From contig JAYPQH010000018.1 of NCBI GenBank assembly GCA_038131935.1, positions 64,001-128,000 of the forward strand: a stretch of DNA of 64,000 nucleotides, given 5' to 3'. The stretch is from Alphaproteobacteria bacterium. GTDB lineage: Bacteria; Pseudomonadota; Alphaproteobacteria; UBA8317. Positions within the stretch are counted from its first letter, which is position 1. The number at the start of each line of letters is the position of its first letter. A program made the position numbers and the translations under genes. Under the pieces are notes generated by a model. The model did not search any database, was not told the origin of the DNA, and was given only the letters and a program-made list of their open reading frames with translations. Positions 43,683 through 52,460 of this stretch are shown here, piece after piece.

Positions 43683-44759
43683 ATGTTTTTACATGTTTTG
43701 TTGATGGGTTTGATCATCAGCATGGGCGCCGTGACATGGGCCATGGCCAATACAGAACTCGGCATTACCATTACCAAAGAAGGAAATGGCGTGGTGGCGA
43801 AGACAGGCATGATGGTGGATGTTCATTATGTTGGCAGTTTGGAAGACGGAACCCAATTTGATAATTCACGTGATCGTGGAAGCCCTCTTCGCTTTGTGCT
43901 TGGTGAAGGCCAGGTTATACCTGGTTGGGAACAAGGCATCGAGGGCATGAAAGTAGGCGAACAGCGCACCCTTGTGATCCCTCCTCACTTGGCTTACGGC
44001 GCCCGCGGCGCTGGCAATGTTATACCACCCCAAGCTACACTCACATTTAAGGTTGAACTCATGGACGCTCGTTACCCCCCTACCGTTGATATCACCATTC
44101 AAAAACCAGGTGACGGAGCCCTCGCCGAGAATGGCAGCACGGTAGATGTGCATTATGTGGGCACCTTGGAAGATGGAACAGAGTTTGACAATTCGCGTAA
44201 GCGTGGCACCCCCATCAGTTTTGTGCTCGGTATGGGACAAGTTATTCCCGGATGGGAACAAGGTATCGAAGGGATGAAGGTTGGCGAGATGAGACGCTTG
44301 GTCATTCCATCTGAACTAGCTTATGGCGAAAATGGTGCGGGCGATTCAATTCCCCCCAATGCAACATTGATCTTTGATGTAGAATTGATGGCGGTAACCC
44401 AGCCAGCAAGATTGCAAAACCTTACAGGGGCCGAGTTGCTTGAGGCCCAGCGCGCCGGTGACGTCATTATTGACATCCGACGTGAAGAGGAGTGGCGTGA
44501 AACAGGGATCATTGAAGGTGCGCAAACCATAACAGCCTTTGATAAGGAAGGACGTTTGCAAACAGACTTCCGAGATGCATTTTTGAGCCTGATACCAACA
44601 AAAGACACAGCTTTTGTTTTGGTATGTCGCACAGGAAGCCGGACCGGCCGACTGGGCCAAGCATTGGCAGAACAATTGGGCTACAGCCAGGCAAAACATC
44701 TGCAAGGGGGCATTGTTGAATTTCAAAAAGAGGGCTTTGGTCTAAAAAAATATCCCTGA
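43683..44759 (+). CDS. Exported tandem FKBP-type PPIase fused to a rhodanese domain
   Basis: Signal-like N-terminus, two FKBP repeats (VHYVG.LEDGT.FDNS, QVIPGWEQG, IP..LAYG, IPP.ATL.F.VEL), then IIDIRREEEW and CRTGSRT, HLQGG. Confidence 0.88.
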   Translation: MFLHVLLMGLIISMGAVTWAMANTELGITITKEGNGVVAKTGMMVDVHYVGSLEDGTQFDNSRDRGSPLRFVLGEGQVIPGWEQGIEGMKVGEQRTLVIPPHLAYGARGAGNVIPPQATLTFKVELMDARYPPTVDITIQKPGDGALAENGSTVDVHYVGTLEDGTEFDNSRKRGTPISFVLGMGQVIPGWEQGIEGMKVGEMRRLVIPSELAYGENGAGDSIPPNATLIFDVELMAVTQPARLQNLTGAELLEAQRAGDVIIDIRREEEWRETGIIEGAQTITAFDKEGRLQTDFRDAFLSLIPTKDTAFVLVCRTGSRTGRLGQALAEQLGYSQAKHLQGGIVEFQKEGFGLKKYP

Positions 44760-44854
44760 TTATGCCCACCAAAGCTGGACAAAATAAGAACTGATCTAAC
44801 TCAAACATCAAAGACGTAAGTCTTACCCACCTTATTGGCGTTGATGTGGAATGA

Positions 44855-45382
44855 ATGATGGGTAGAGTTTTTATTGGGATATTACTCATGGGAATATTGT
44901 CAGCTTGTTCACCCATGCGCGTGACGGATTTTTCCGGTCGCGGCGAAACATTTGATTTATTTGGATACTTTTCTGGAACAACCCATGGGTATGGGCTGTT
45001 CGAAGACCGCTTTGGCACCATCAAAAGACAGTTCAAAGTGGTCATAGAAGGCTCCATTGATGGTGACAAAATCACCCTTGATGAGGACTTTCTTTATGAT
45101 GATGGTGAAACCCAAAAACGCGTTTGGACCATCACCAGGCGTACAGATGGAAGCTATGAAGGACGTGCCGATGACGTCATTGGTGTCGCACGAGGAAAAG
45201 AGGCCGGGAATGCACTTAACTGGGCTTACACGTTGGCATTGCCAGTGGGGGGTCGGGTTTTTGAGGTACAATTTGATGATTGGATGCTCCGTCAACAAGA
45301 CGGCGTGGTGATCAATAGAGCCAAAGTCCGGAAATTTGGATTTGACGTCGGCTCGGTAACCTTGGCCTTCACCAAACCCTGA
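44855..45382 (+). CDS. DUF3833-family lipoprotein
   Basis: Lipobox LSAC, RQFKV, LDEDFLYDDGE.QKRVW, GNALNW.Y, FDDWM. Confidence 0.82.
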   Translation: MMGRVFIGILLMGILSACSPMRVTDFSGRGETFDLFGYFSGTTHGYGLFEDRFGTIKRQFKVVIEGSIDGDKITLDEDFLYDDGETQKRVWTITRRTDGSYEGRADDVIGVARGKEAGNALNWAYTLALPVGGRVFEVQFDDWMLRQQDGVVINRAKVRKFGFDVGSVTLAFTKP

Positions 45383-45506
45383 TAGGATTGAAAACTGCTC
45401 TCCTCCTTTGGACGTAACCCAAAGGTTGATCTTCCCAATAACTGGGAAAATAAGAAACAAGATGCGTTTATGGTTGAATGTTTGGATGATGTAAGGAATG
45501 AAAAGC

Positions 45507-46229
45507 ATGTCAAAAGTTGCACTCGTCACAGGGGGAACGCGCGGAATCGGGGCTGCGATTTCACATTCTCTGAAACAAGCCGGCTATACTGTGGCTGCAA
45601 ATTACGCCGGAAATGAGCAGCGTGCAGCTGCCTTTACCGAAGAAACAGGGATCCCAGCCTTCAAATGGGATGTCTCTGACGAACAAGCTTGTCGGGCCGG
45701 CATCCAAGACGTCCAAGACCAACTGGGCCCTATTGCTGTTCTGGTGAACAATGCTGGCATCACCCGGGATGCAATGATGCACAAAATGACAGGTGATATG
45801 TGGCGGGAGGTTATCAATACCAACTTGAACTCGCTATTTTACATGACCCAACCAGTTCTTGAAGGCATGCGCCAGAATAACTTTGGGCGCGTCATTTCGA
45901 TTTCATCAATCAATGGTCAAAAGGGGCAAATGGGGCAAACCAATTACTCAGCAGCCAAAGCGGGTGTCATCGGTTTTACCAAAGCATTGGCCCAAGAAAC
46001 TGCCCGTAAAGGGATCACCGTTAATTGTATCGCACCTGGTTATATCGACACGGATATGGTGGCAGCCGTTCCTGAGAAAGTTCTCGAGAGCATTATCGGA
46101 GGTATTCCTGTAGGGCGTTTGGGCACCGCCGAAGAGATTGGTTCCATGGTCACCTACCTTGCATCAGATCAAGCAGGCTTCATCACAGGTGCAACCATGA
46201 CCGTTAACGGCGGACAATATATTGCCTAA
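45507..46229 (+). CDS. phaB: Acetoacetyl-CoA reductase
   Basis: TGGTRGIG, NNAGITRD, SSINGQKGQMGQTNYSAAKAG, PGYIDTDMV. Confidence 0.93.
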   Translation: MSKVALVTGGTRGIGAAISHSLKQAGYTVAANYAGNEQRAAAFTEETGIPAFKWDVSDEQACRAGIQDVQDQLGPIAVLVNNAGITRDAMMHKMTGDMWREVINTNLNSLFYMTQPVLEGMRQNNFGRVISISSINGQKGQMGQTNYSAAKAGVIGFTKALAQETARKGITVNCIAPGYIDTDMVAAVPEKVLESIIGGIPVGRLGTAEEIGSMVTYLASDQAGFITGATMTVNGGQYIA

Positions 46230-46286
46230 AGAGCATATTGACGCTTGCCAGAACGCATCCTGGCATCCATAAGCACAACCATTAGG

Positions 46287-46313
46287 GCCCCGCGTAACCC
46301 CGCGGGGTTTTTT
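46287..46313 (+). terminator. Terminator-like hairpin between phaB and typA
   Basis: GCCCCGCG-taaccc-CGCGGGGT followed by a T run. Confidence 0.7.
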
Positions 46314-46339
46314 ATTGCTCATGTTTGAAAGATAGTATT

Positions 46340-48160
46340 ATGGCCGATTTAAGCCTCCGCAATATTGCGATCATCGCCCATGTTGACCATGGCAAAACCA
46401 CCCTTTGTGACGTTTTGCTCCGTCAATCTGGTACATTTCGTGACAACCAACAAGTAGAAGAGCGCGTGATGGATTCCAACGACCTCGAGCGCGAGCGTGG
46501 GATCACAATTCTTGCCAAATGTACCTCTGTGCTGTGGGAGAATGTGAGGGTTAACATCGTGGACACACCTGGGCACCAAGATTTTGGTGGCGAGGTCGAG
46601 CGAATTCTGACCATGGTGGATGGCGTGGTGTTGCTTGTGGATGCTGCAGAAGGCCCCTTGCCTCAGACCAAATTTGTTTTGGGCAAAGCGCTCAAGCTTG
46701 GGCTAAGACCTATTGTGTTGATCAACAAAGTTGACCGTCCCGATGCGCGCCCCGATGAAGTCTTGGATGAAATCTTTGACCTTTTTGTATCTCTGGATGC
46801 CAACGAAGATCAGCTTGAATTCCCAACCCTCTACGCTTCGGGCAAACAAGGATGGGCTGATCAAGAGCTCGAAGGGCCTCGTGAAAGCATGAAGCCCCTC
46901 ATGGATGTTATTATCCAGCATGTTCCCTCACCAAGCGTATCTGTGGATGGCCCTTTTAGGTTGCGGGCAACCATTTTGCAGGCGGACAATTTTTTAGGCC
47001 GAATGCTTACAGGCCGTATCGAACAAGGTGTTGTGAAAGCGGGAACCACCATCAAAGCATTAAGCAGAGATGGTGAACTCATTGAAAATTTCAGGATCTC
47101 AAAATTGCTAGCTTTTCGCGGCATTTCTCGAGAACCGGTTGAGCAAGCGCGTGCGGGCGATATCATCACCATTTCTGGAATGAGCAAAGCAACCGTGGCA
47201 GATACCCTCTGTGATCCTTCTGTAGATACCCCACTTGCATCACAGCCTATCGACCCCCCAACAATTGCCATCACGGTTTCAGTCAATGACTCACCGCTAG
47301 CAGGTAGAGACGGCTCAAAGGTACAAAGTCGCGTCATAAGGGAACGCTTAATGCAGGAAGCAGAGGGCAATGTCGCCATCCGCGTCCGCGAAACCGATGA
47401 CAAAGACGCGTTTGAGGTGGCGGGCCGAGGTGAACTGCAGATGGCCGTCTTGGTCGAAACCATGCGCCGGGAAGGCTTTGAACTCTCTATTTCCCGCCCG
47501 CGTGTTCTGTTCCAAGAGGTTGATGGCCAACGTATGGAGCCCATCGAAGAGGTCGTCATTGATCTTGATGAAGAGTTTTCAGGGACCGTCGTTGAAAAAA
47601 TGACCTTACGAAAAGCAGAACTACAAGACATGCGACCATCAGGTATCGGCAAACAACGCCTGACATTTTTGGCCCCGACAAGGGGTTTAACCGGGTATTT
47701 TGGCGAATTTTTAACCGACACCCGAGGTACAGGTCTTATGAACCGTCTGTTTCATGCCTACGCACCACATAAAGGGCCCATTCCAACAAGACATAATGGT
47801 GTTTTGGTGTCATTGGAACAAGGTGAGGCCGTTGCCTACGCCCTAGCAGCCCTTGAAGAGAGAGGCTTTCTCTTCATTGGTCCGAAAGAAATGGTATATC
47901 AAGGTATGGTGATAGGAGAGCATTCACGTGACAATGACCTCGATGTTAATCCTCTTAAATCCAAGCAACTCACCAATTTCAGGGCCTCTGGAAAAGATGA
48001 TTCCATTCGCTTAACCCCACCAGTGCGCCTCACATTAGAAAAAGCAATTTCCTATATTGCAGATGATGAATTGATGGAAGTTACCCCCAACCATATCCGT
48101 TTGCGCAAACGCTATCTGGATATTCATGAGCGCAAACGCCACGCAAAAAAAGCAGGCTGA
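46340..48160 (+). CDS. typA: Translational GTPase TypA/BipA
   Basis: [48 protein letters not shown]. Confidence 0.97.
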   Translation: MADLSLRNIAIIAHVDHGKTTLCDVLLRQSGTFRDNQQVEERVMDSNDLERERGITILAKCTSVLWENVRVNIVDTPGHQDFGGEVERILTMVDGVVLLVDAAEGPLPQTKFVLGKALKLGLRPIVLINKVDRPDARPDEVLDEIFDLFVSLDANEDQLEFPTLYASGKQGWADQELEGPRESMKPLMDVIIQHVPSPSVSVDGPFRLRATILQADNFLGRMLTGRIEQGVVKAGTTIKALSRDGELIENFRISKLLAFRGISREPVEQARAGDIITISGMSKATVADTLCDPSVDTPLASQPIDPPTIAITVSVNDSPLAGRDGSKVQSRVIRERLMQEAEGNVAIRVRETDDKDAFEVAGRGELQMAVLVETMRREGFELSISRPRVLFQEVDGQRMEPIEEVVIDLDEEFSGTVVEKMTLRKAELQDMRPSGIGKQRLTFLAPTRGLTGYFGEFLTDTRGTGLMNRLFHAYAPHKGPIPTRHNGVLVSLEQGEAVAYALAALEERGFLFIGPKEMVYQGMVIGEHSRDNDLDVNPLKSKQLTNFRASGKDDSIRLTPPVRLTLEKAISYIADDELMEVTPNHIRLRKRYLDIHERKRHAKKAG

Positions 48161-48378
48161 TATAAATGTGGATGGTTTTGGTTTGTGACATCAGCCATCT
48201 CCGCGCCAAGGGTTGTTAGGCCCTAAACAATAAGTGAGAGGGATAATGTTTCCCTCTTCTCGACTGAAGGGCCACGTCATCTTTTGCATAAATTTACTGT
48301 TTTTTGTTGATCTTCGGCATAACATCTGACGAGATGAGCCTTAACAATCAAACAACTGAGTGCAAGAGGGTAAAAGTA

Positions 48379-49422
48379 ATGAGCAACATGAATGATCGAC
48401 GGGGTTGGGTGGCCCAACGCGCTATGGATAACGCATGGTTATCCCAGACCAAAGAAGACATTATAGAACCAAGCTTAGAAATTGTTGATCCACATCATCA
48501 TCTCTGGGCCCGACCAGGCGGTGTCTACGAACTCGACCATCTATGGGATGACACCGAAAGCGGCCATCACGTGGTCCAAACCCTTTTCATTGAGTGCCGC
48601 GCTCAATATCACGAGGAAGGGCCCGAACATCTTCGCCCATTGGGGGAGACAGCTTATGTCCTTCCCATGATTGAAGCGTCTCGCAAAGAAACAAACAAAG
48701 CTCAAATCATGGGCATCGTGGGCCGTGTGGACCTTACCCATCCGTTATTTGATGAAGCTTTAGATGCCCATGTTGCCATGGCTGGCCCTTTGTTTAAGGG
48801 TATTCGCCAAGCACCAGCATTTGACCAACAGGATATGTCCGCCCTTGCAATACCTGGGCATGGGCCCGAAAACCTTTTGGGCAATGATGATTATCGCGCG
48901 GGGGTGGCAAGATTGGGTGAGCGTGGGCTTACATTCGATACTTGGCATTATCACACGCAAAACCACGCATTTAGGGACTTTGCTGAGGCTATCAAAGGAA
49001 CCCGTATGATACTCGATCATTTTGGAACACCTTTGGGTGTAGGTCGGTTCACAGGCAAGCGTGAGGAGGTGTTTGCCCAATGGAAAGATGATATCGCGGC
49101 GATCGCCGAACAGCCCCACGTCTTTGCCAAACTTGGAGGCTTGGCCATGATTGATAATGGATGGGGTTTTCATGAACGGGACAAACCCATTGGCTCAGAT
49201 GAGTTTGCTGAACTGATGGCACCTTGGTATTTGCACACGATCGACTGCTTTGGGCCAGAGCGCTGTATGTTTGAAAGCAACTTTCCTGTTGATCGCCCAT
49301 CTGTGGGTTATCACGTCCTTTACAATGCGTTCAAAAAACTTACCCAACATATGAGCAAAGACGATCGGGCCAACTTATTCTCAGGGACCGCACGTCATGT
49401 TTACTCTATTCCTAAGCCTTAA
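48379..49422 (+). CDS. Amidohydrolase_2 family metallohydrolase
   Basis: DPHHHLW, ILDHFGTP, KLGGL, RCMFESNFPVD. Confidence 0.88.
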   Translation: MSNMNDRRGWVAQRAMDNAWLSQTKEDIIEPSLEIVDPHHHLWARPGGVYELDHLWDDTESGHHVVQTLFIECRAQYHEEGPEHLRPLGETAYVLPMIEASRKETNKAQIMGIVGRVDLTHPLFDEALDAHVAMAGPLFKGIRQAPAFDQQDMSALAIPGHGPENLLGNDDYRAGVARLGERGLTFDTWHYHTQNHAFRDFAEAIKGTRMILDHFGTPLGVGRFTGKREEVFAQWKDDIAAIAEQPHVFAKLGGLAMIDNGWGFHERDKPIGSDEFAELMAPWYLHTIDCFGPERCMFESNFPVDRPSVGYHVLYNAFKKLTQHMSKDDRANLFSGTARHVYSIPKP

Positions 49423-49425
49423 TAT

Positions 49426-49881
49426 TTACGACGAACCCCGTTGATATTTGATGAATGGGGTCAAGCTTGCCACTTGGTCGTAAAGCTTCCGGGCATCATG
49501 GTTGAAAGATTGAGTTAACCAATAAACATAAGGGCGCTTTTCTTCATCAGCGTCCTTATAAATTTGGGCAATAAGCGCTCTGCCTACGCCCTGCCCCCGA
49601 CAATGGGGTTGGACGAAGAGATCTTGCAGGTATGTCACATTTCCAGCATGCCAATTATGGGCATGAATAATAATATTTGCGATCCCCAACACCTCACCTT
49701 GTGTTTCGGCGATGAGGCCATAACGATCTATTTGATCAGGATCACAAAGCGCTTGAAAGCTCTTTTCTTGCACCTGCTCAGGTATTTTGGCTTCATAAAA
49801 TTCCAAATAGCCTTGGAATAATTCTTTCCAACTTACGTGATCTTCTTTGACCAACCTTCTGATATTGATTTTTTCTGTCAT
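49426..49881 (-). CDS. GNAT family N-acetyltransferase
   Basis: YLQDLFV, RGQGVG acetyl-CoA motif, VYWLTQ..N..AR.LYD. Confidence 0.9.
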   Translation of the reverse strand: MTEKINIRRLVKEDHVSWKELFQGYLEFYEAKIPEQVQEKSFQALCDPDQIDRYGLIAETQGEVLGIANIIIHAHNWHAGNVTYLQDLFVQPHCRGQGVGRALIAQIYKDADEEKRPYVYWLTQSFNHDARKLYDQVASLTPFIKYQRGSS

Positions 49882-49958
49882 CACCTTCTTCCTGATTGGT
49901 GCCTCATGATGAGGATATCCAGCATACAATCCTCACCAGATAGCACAGTCTTAAGCCA

Positions 49959-50059
49959 ACATGCCAATGTTATCGGCCTTAAATGCCTGGGCAAAACCAT
50001 CCGCCAGATTGCTTTGCGGCGACTGTGAAAAACCAATGGAAAGCGCCGAGGCTGCATAA
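49959..50059 (+). pseudogene. C-terminal remnant of a SprT-like zinc-ribbon protein
   Basis: Reads TCQC / GL / NAWAKPSARLLCGDCEKPMESAEAA* across indels. Resembles, from memory, the CxxCGLNAWAKP...CGDC tail of mobile-element SprT-domain proteins. Confidence 0.55.
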
Positions 50060-50121
50060 TCGGGTATAATCGGGTAATTATTCCGGTTTACAATCCGGTA
50101 TAATCCGGTATATTTACGGGT
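50056..50121 (+). repeat. Six degenerate ~10-bp direct repeats (consensus ATAATC[C/G]GGT) directly upstream of fic
   Basis: ATAATCGGGT, ATAATCGGGT, TTATTCCGGT, ACAATCCGGT, ATAATCCGGT, ATTTACGGGT, ending at 50065, 50075, 50087, 50099, 50109, 50121. Confidence 0.85.
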
Positions 50122-51192
50122 ATGATTCAGACCGAAACGATTCAGATCACGCCCGGATTACTGTCCCTTCTCTCCGAAATAGACGAATTTAAGGGCGCAT
50201 GGCGGGCTCTTGGAAACCTTGCGCCAGAGCGGCTGCAAGCCCTTCGCCATGTGGCAACGATCGAGAGCATCGGATCATCCACCCGCATCGAGGGCAGCAA
50301 GCTGTCAGATCGTGAGGTGGAAGAGCTGCTGGGCAAGCTGGACATCAAGAAATTCGATAGCCGTGACGAGCAGGAAGTCGCAGGCTATGCCGAGGTCATG
50401 GAAACCGTATTTCAGGCATGGCAAGACATTCCCATCACGGAAAACCATATCAAGCAGCTTCACCGCGACCTGCTGCGCTATAGCGCCAAAGACGAACGCC
50501 ACCGGGGCGAATACAAGACCGTGCGCAATGACGTGGGAGCCTTCGACGCATCCGGCAAAATGGTCGGGATCGTCTTTGAAACCGCCACCCCCTTCGATAC
50601 GCCGCAGTGCATGACGGAGCTGGTGCAATGGCTGAACGAGGCACGAGAGCTGAAGCGCCTGCATCCCCTGCTGATCGTCGCTGTCTTTACCGTGGTATTC
50701 CTTGAAATCCATCCCTTTCAGGATGGAAACGGACGCTTGAGCCGCGTCCTGACAACCCTGCTGCTGTTGCAGGCAGGTTATGCCTACGTCCCCTATTCAT
50801 CCCATGAGAGCGTGATCGAGCACAGCAAGGAAGCATACTATCTGGCCTTGCGCCAGACGCAAGCCAGCATCCGCAGCGATGCGCCAGACTGGCAGCCCTG
50901 GCTGCTGTTTTTCATGCGATCCTTGCAGCACCAGAAGCGCCGCCTGGCCGACAAGATCGAGCGCGAGGAACGCTCCCTTGCAGAATTGCCAATACTGGCC
51001 GTCATGATCCTGGACTATGCCCGCCAGCATGGCCGGGTGACCAACCGCGATATGGTGCGGGAGCATGGAGCCAGCCCGAACACCCTTAAAGCCACATTCC
51101 GCAGCCTGATGGACAAGGGAATGCTTGTCCGGCATGGCGCAGGCCGATCCATCTGGTATGGCCTGCCAATGGGGACAGGCAGAGACGAGTGA
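50122..51192 (+). CDS. Fic family adenylyltransferase with N-terminal inhibitory helix and C-terminal HTH-like domain
   Basis: Canonical HPFQDGNGRLSR, STRIEG (S/TxxxEG/N) motif, C-terminal wHTH-like segment. Visibly GC-richer than flanks. Confidence 0.93.
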   Translation: MIQTETIQITPGLLSLLSEIDEFKGAWRALGNLAPERLQALRHVATIESIGSSTRIEGSKLSDREVEELLGKLDIKKFDSRDEQEVAGYAEVMETVFQAWQDIPITENHIKQLHRDLLRYSAKDERHRGEYKTVRNDVGAFDASGKMVGIVFETATPFDTPQCMTELVQWLNEARELKRLHPLLIVAVFTVVFLEIHPFQDGNGRLSRVLTTLLLLQAGYAYVPYSSHESVIEHSKEAYYLALRQTQASIRSDAPDWQPWLLFFMRSLQHQKRRLADKIEREERSLAELPILAVMILDYARQHGRVTNRDMVREHGASPNTLKATFRSLMDKGMLVRHGAGRSIWYGLPMGTGRDE

Positions 51193-51202
51193 CGGGGTAC
51201 CC

Positions 51203-51304
51203 ATGAACGCCGTCGAGATTGGAGACACAATCTTGAGCCATTTTACCCGGTATGCGTTTGATCCCCTACAAAAGAAAATAGATAACTTCGCCTACTTTTT
51301 CTGA
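51203..51304 (+). pseudogene. N-terminal remnant of a YeeA/MmeI-like DNA methyltransferase
   Basis: 33-aa ORF MNAVEIGDTILSHFTRYAFDPLQKKIDNFAYFF starting 10 nt after the fic stop. MNAVEI...FD recalls, from memory, the N-terminus of YeeA/MmeI-like enzymes. Confidence 0.5.
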
Positions 51305-51388
51305 ATTCTCATCTATCTTGAGCAATCTTCTCTTGTACTACAGCGCAAACAATGAAACCTTGTGAAGCGCAAACTGAAGGAGCCTTGC

Positions 51389-52357
51389 ATGACAAATTTT
51401 GACCCTTTTGATCTTACGGCCTTTCGCCCTAATCATTTTGGTTTTGGCGGGCTTGATAGGGCGGCACATTTGCGTGAACAAGAAAATTGGCTTGAGGCGC
51501 TTCAAGCGGACCCTACAACGCTCGTCGTTCCCCTCTGGCGATCGCGCAACCTGTTTGAAGATTTGGGCGACCAAGAACAAACACCTCCGAGGCCTGCTTA
51601 CATTCCAGCGGCCCGCGCTGGAGACATGCTGCGCCAAGGTCGTCATCATGCATTTTTAGGTTCTGCCACGGTTGGCAACAACTACCATCATAAGGTGATG
51701 GTGGATCTCACCCATTTAAGTGAAGAAGAAGCCTTAGCGCTCACATCTGAGTTTGGCCAATTTGGAGACTTACGGGAAATAGGCCCTTTGATAGGCGCCC
51801 ATGATGGATCCATTTTGGCCTATGCCAGAGGCCTTGCCTTTTGGCATCAGCGGCATCTTTTTTGTGGGGTTTGCGGCGCACCCACCTTGCCCACCAAGTC
51901 AGGCCACCAACGAAGCTGTAGTGGAACGACTTGTGGCAGCCCACATTTTCCACGCACGGATCCCGCTGTGATTATGCTGGTTACCGATGGTGACCGCGCA
52001 CTTTTGGGCCGTCAACCTATTTGGCCTCAGGGCATGTATTCAACCTTAGCAGGTTTCGTGGAGCCCGGCGAAACGCTTGAGCATGCTGTTGCACGCGAAG
52101 TGTTCGAAGAATCTGGCATCCAGGTTGGCAACGTAACCTATCATTCTTCACAACCATGGCCTTTTCCATCATCTTTGATGCTTGGCTTCTACGCTGAGGC
52201 GCGCAGCACAAAAATTACCATCGACGAGACAGAGGTTGAGGATGCCCAATGGTTCACGCGCGATGAATTGATGAATTTTGCAGATCAAGGCAAATATTTA
52301 CCACGCAAACTCTCTATTGCACGCCGCCTGATTAATGATTGGCTAGGGGTTAACTAG
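51389..52357 (+). CDS. nudC: NAD(H) pyrophosphatase / NAD-cap decapping Nudix enzyme
   Basis: FCGVCG...C...C zinc site, FPRTDPAVI, Nudix box GFVEPGETLEHAVAREVFEESG, SQPWPFPSSLM. Confidence 0.95.
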   Translation: MTNFDPFDLTAFRPNHFGFGGLDRAAHLREQENWLEALQADPTTLVVPLWRSRNLFEDLGDQEQTPPRPAYIPAARAGDMLRQGRHHAFLGSATVGNNYHHKVMVDLTHLSEEEALALTSEFGQFGDLREIGPLIGAHDGSILAYARGLAFWHQRHLFCGVCGAPTLPTKSGHQRSCSGTTCGSPHFPRTDPAVIMLVTDGDRALLGRQPIWPQGMYSTLAGFVEPGETLEHAVAREVFEESGIQVGNVTYHSSQPWPFPSSLMLGFYAEARSTKITIDETEVEDAQWFTRDELMNFADQGKYLPRKLSIARRLINDWLGVN

Positions 52358-52460
52358 CTTTAGGATTTGATGTGACGCCTGCTATTTCCTGTATTTTCAT
52401 CTTGTATCCACCCAAGAACAAGTTAGGGTGGTTTATCACAAGAATATAGCGGAGGAACTC

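Noticed and set aside
43770-44395. FKBP duplication as an assembly artefact
   Set aside because: The two copies differ at many synonymous positions and several residues, so this is a real, old duplication.
44509-45529. 188-aa and 190-aa minus-strand ORFs
   Set aside because: They overlap well-supported plus-strand genes and show no recognisable domain.
46861-47721. 286-aa ORF antisense to typA
   Set aside because: Shadow of a conserved gene; Ser/Arg-rich with no motifs.
48161-48260. Three weak hairpins after typA as a possible sRNA
   Set aside because: Stems are 6-7 bp with mismatches or tiny loops, with no clear promoter/terminator pair.
50056-50121. Repeat array as a CRISPR or replication origin
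   Set aside because: Units are ~10 bp with 0-2 nt between them, there are no unique spacers, and no cas or rep gene is nearby.
52358-52460. Cobalamin riboswitch upstream of the CbiM-like gene
   Set aside because: Too short, and lacks the GGGAA, GCCACTG and B12-box elements.
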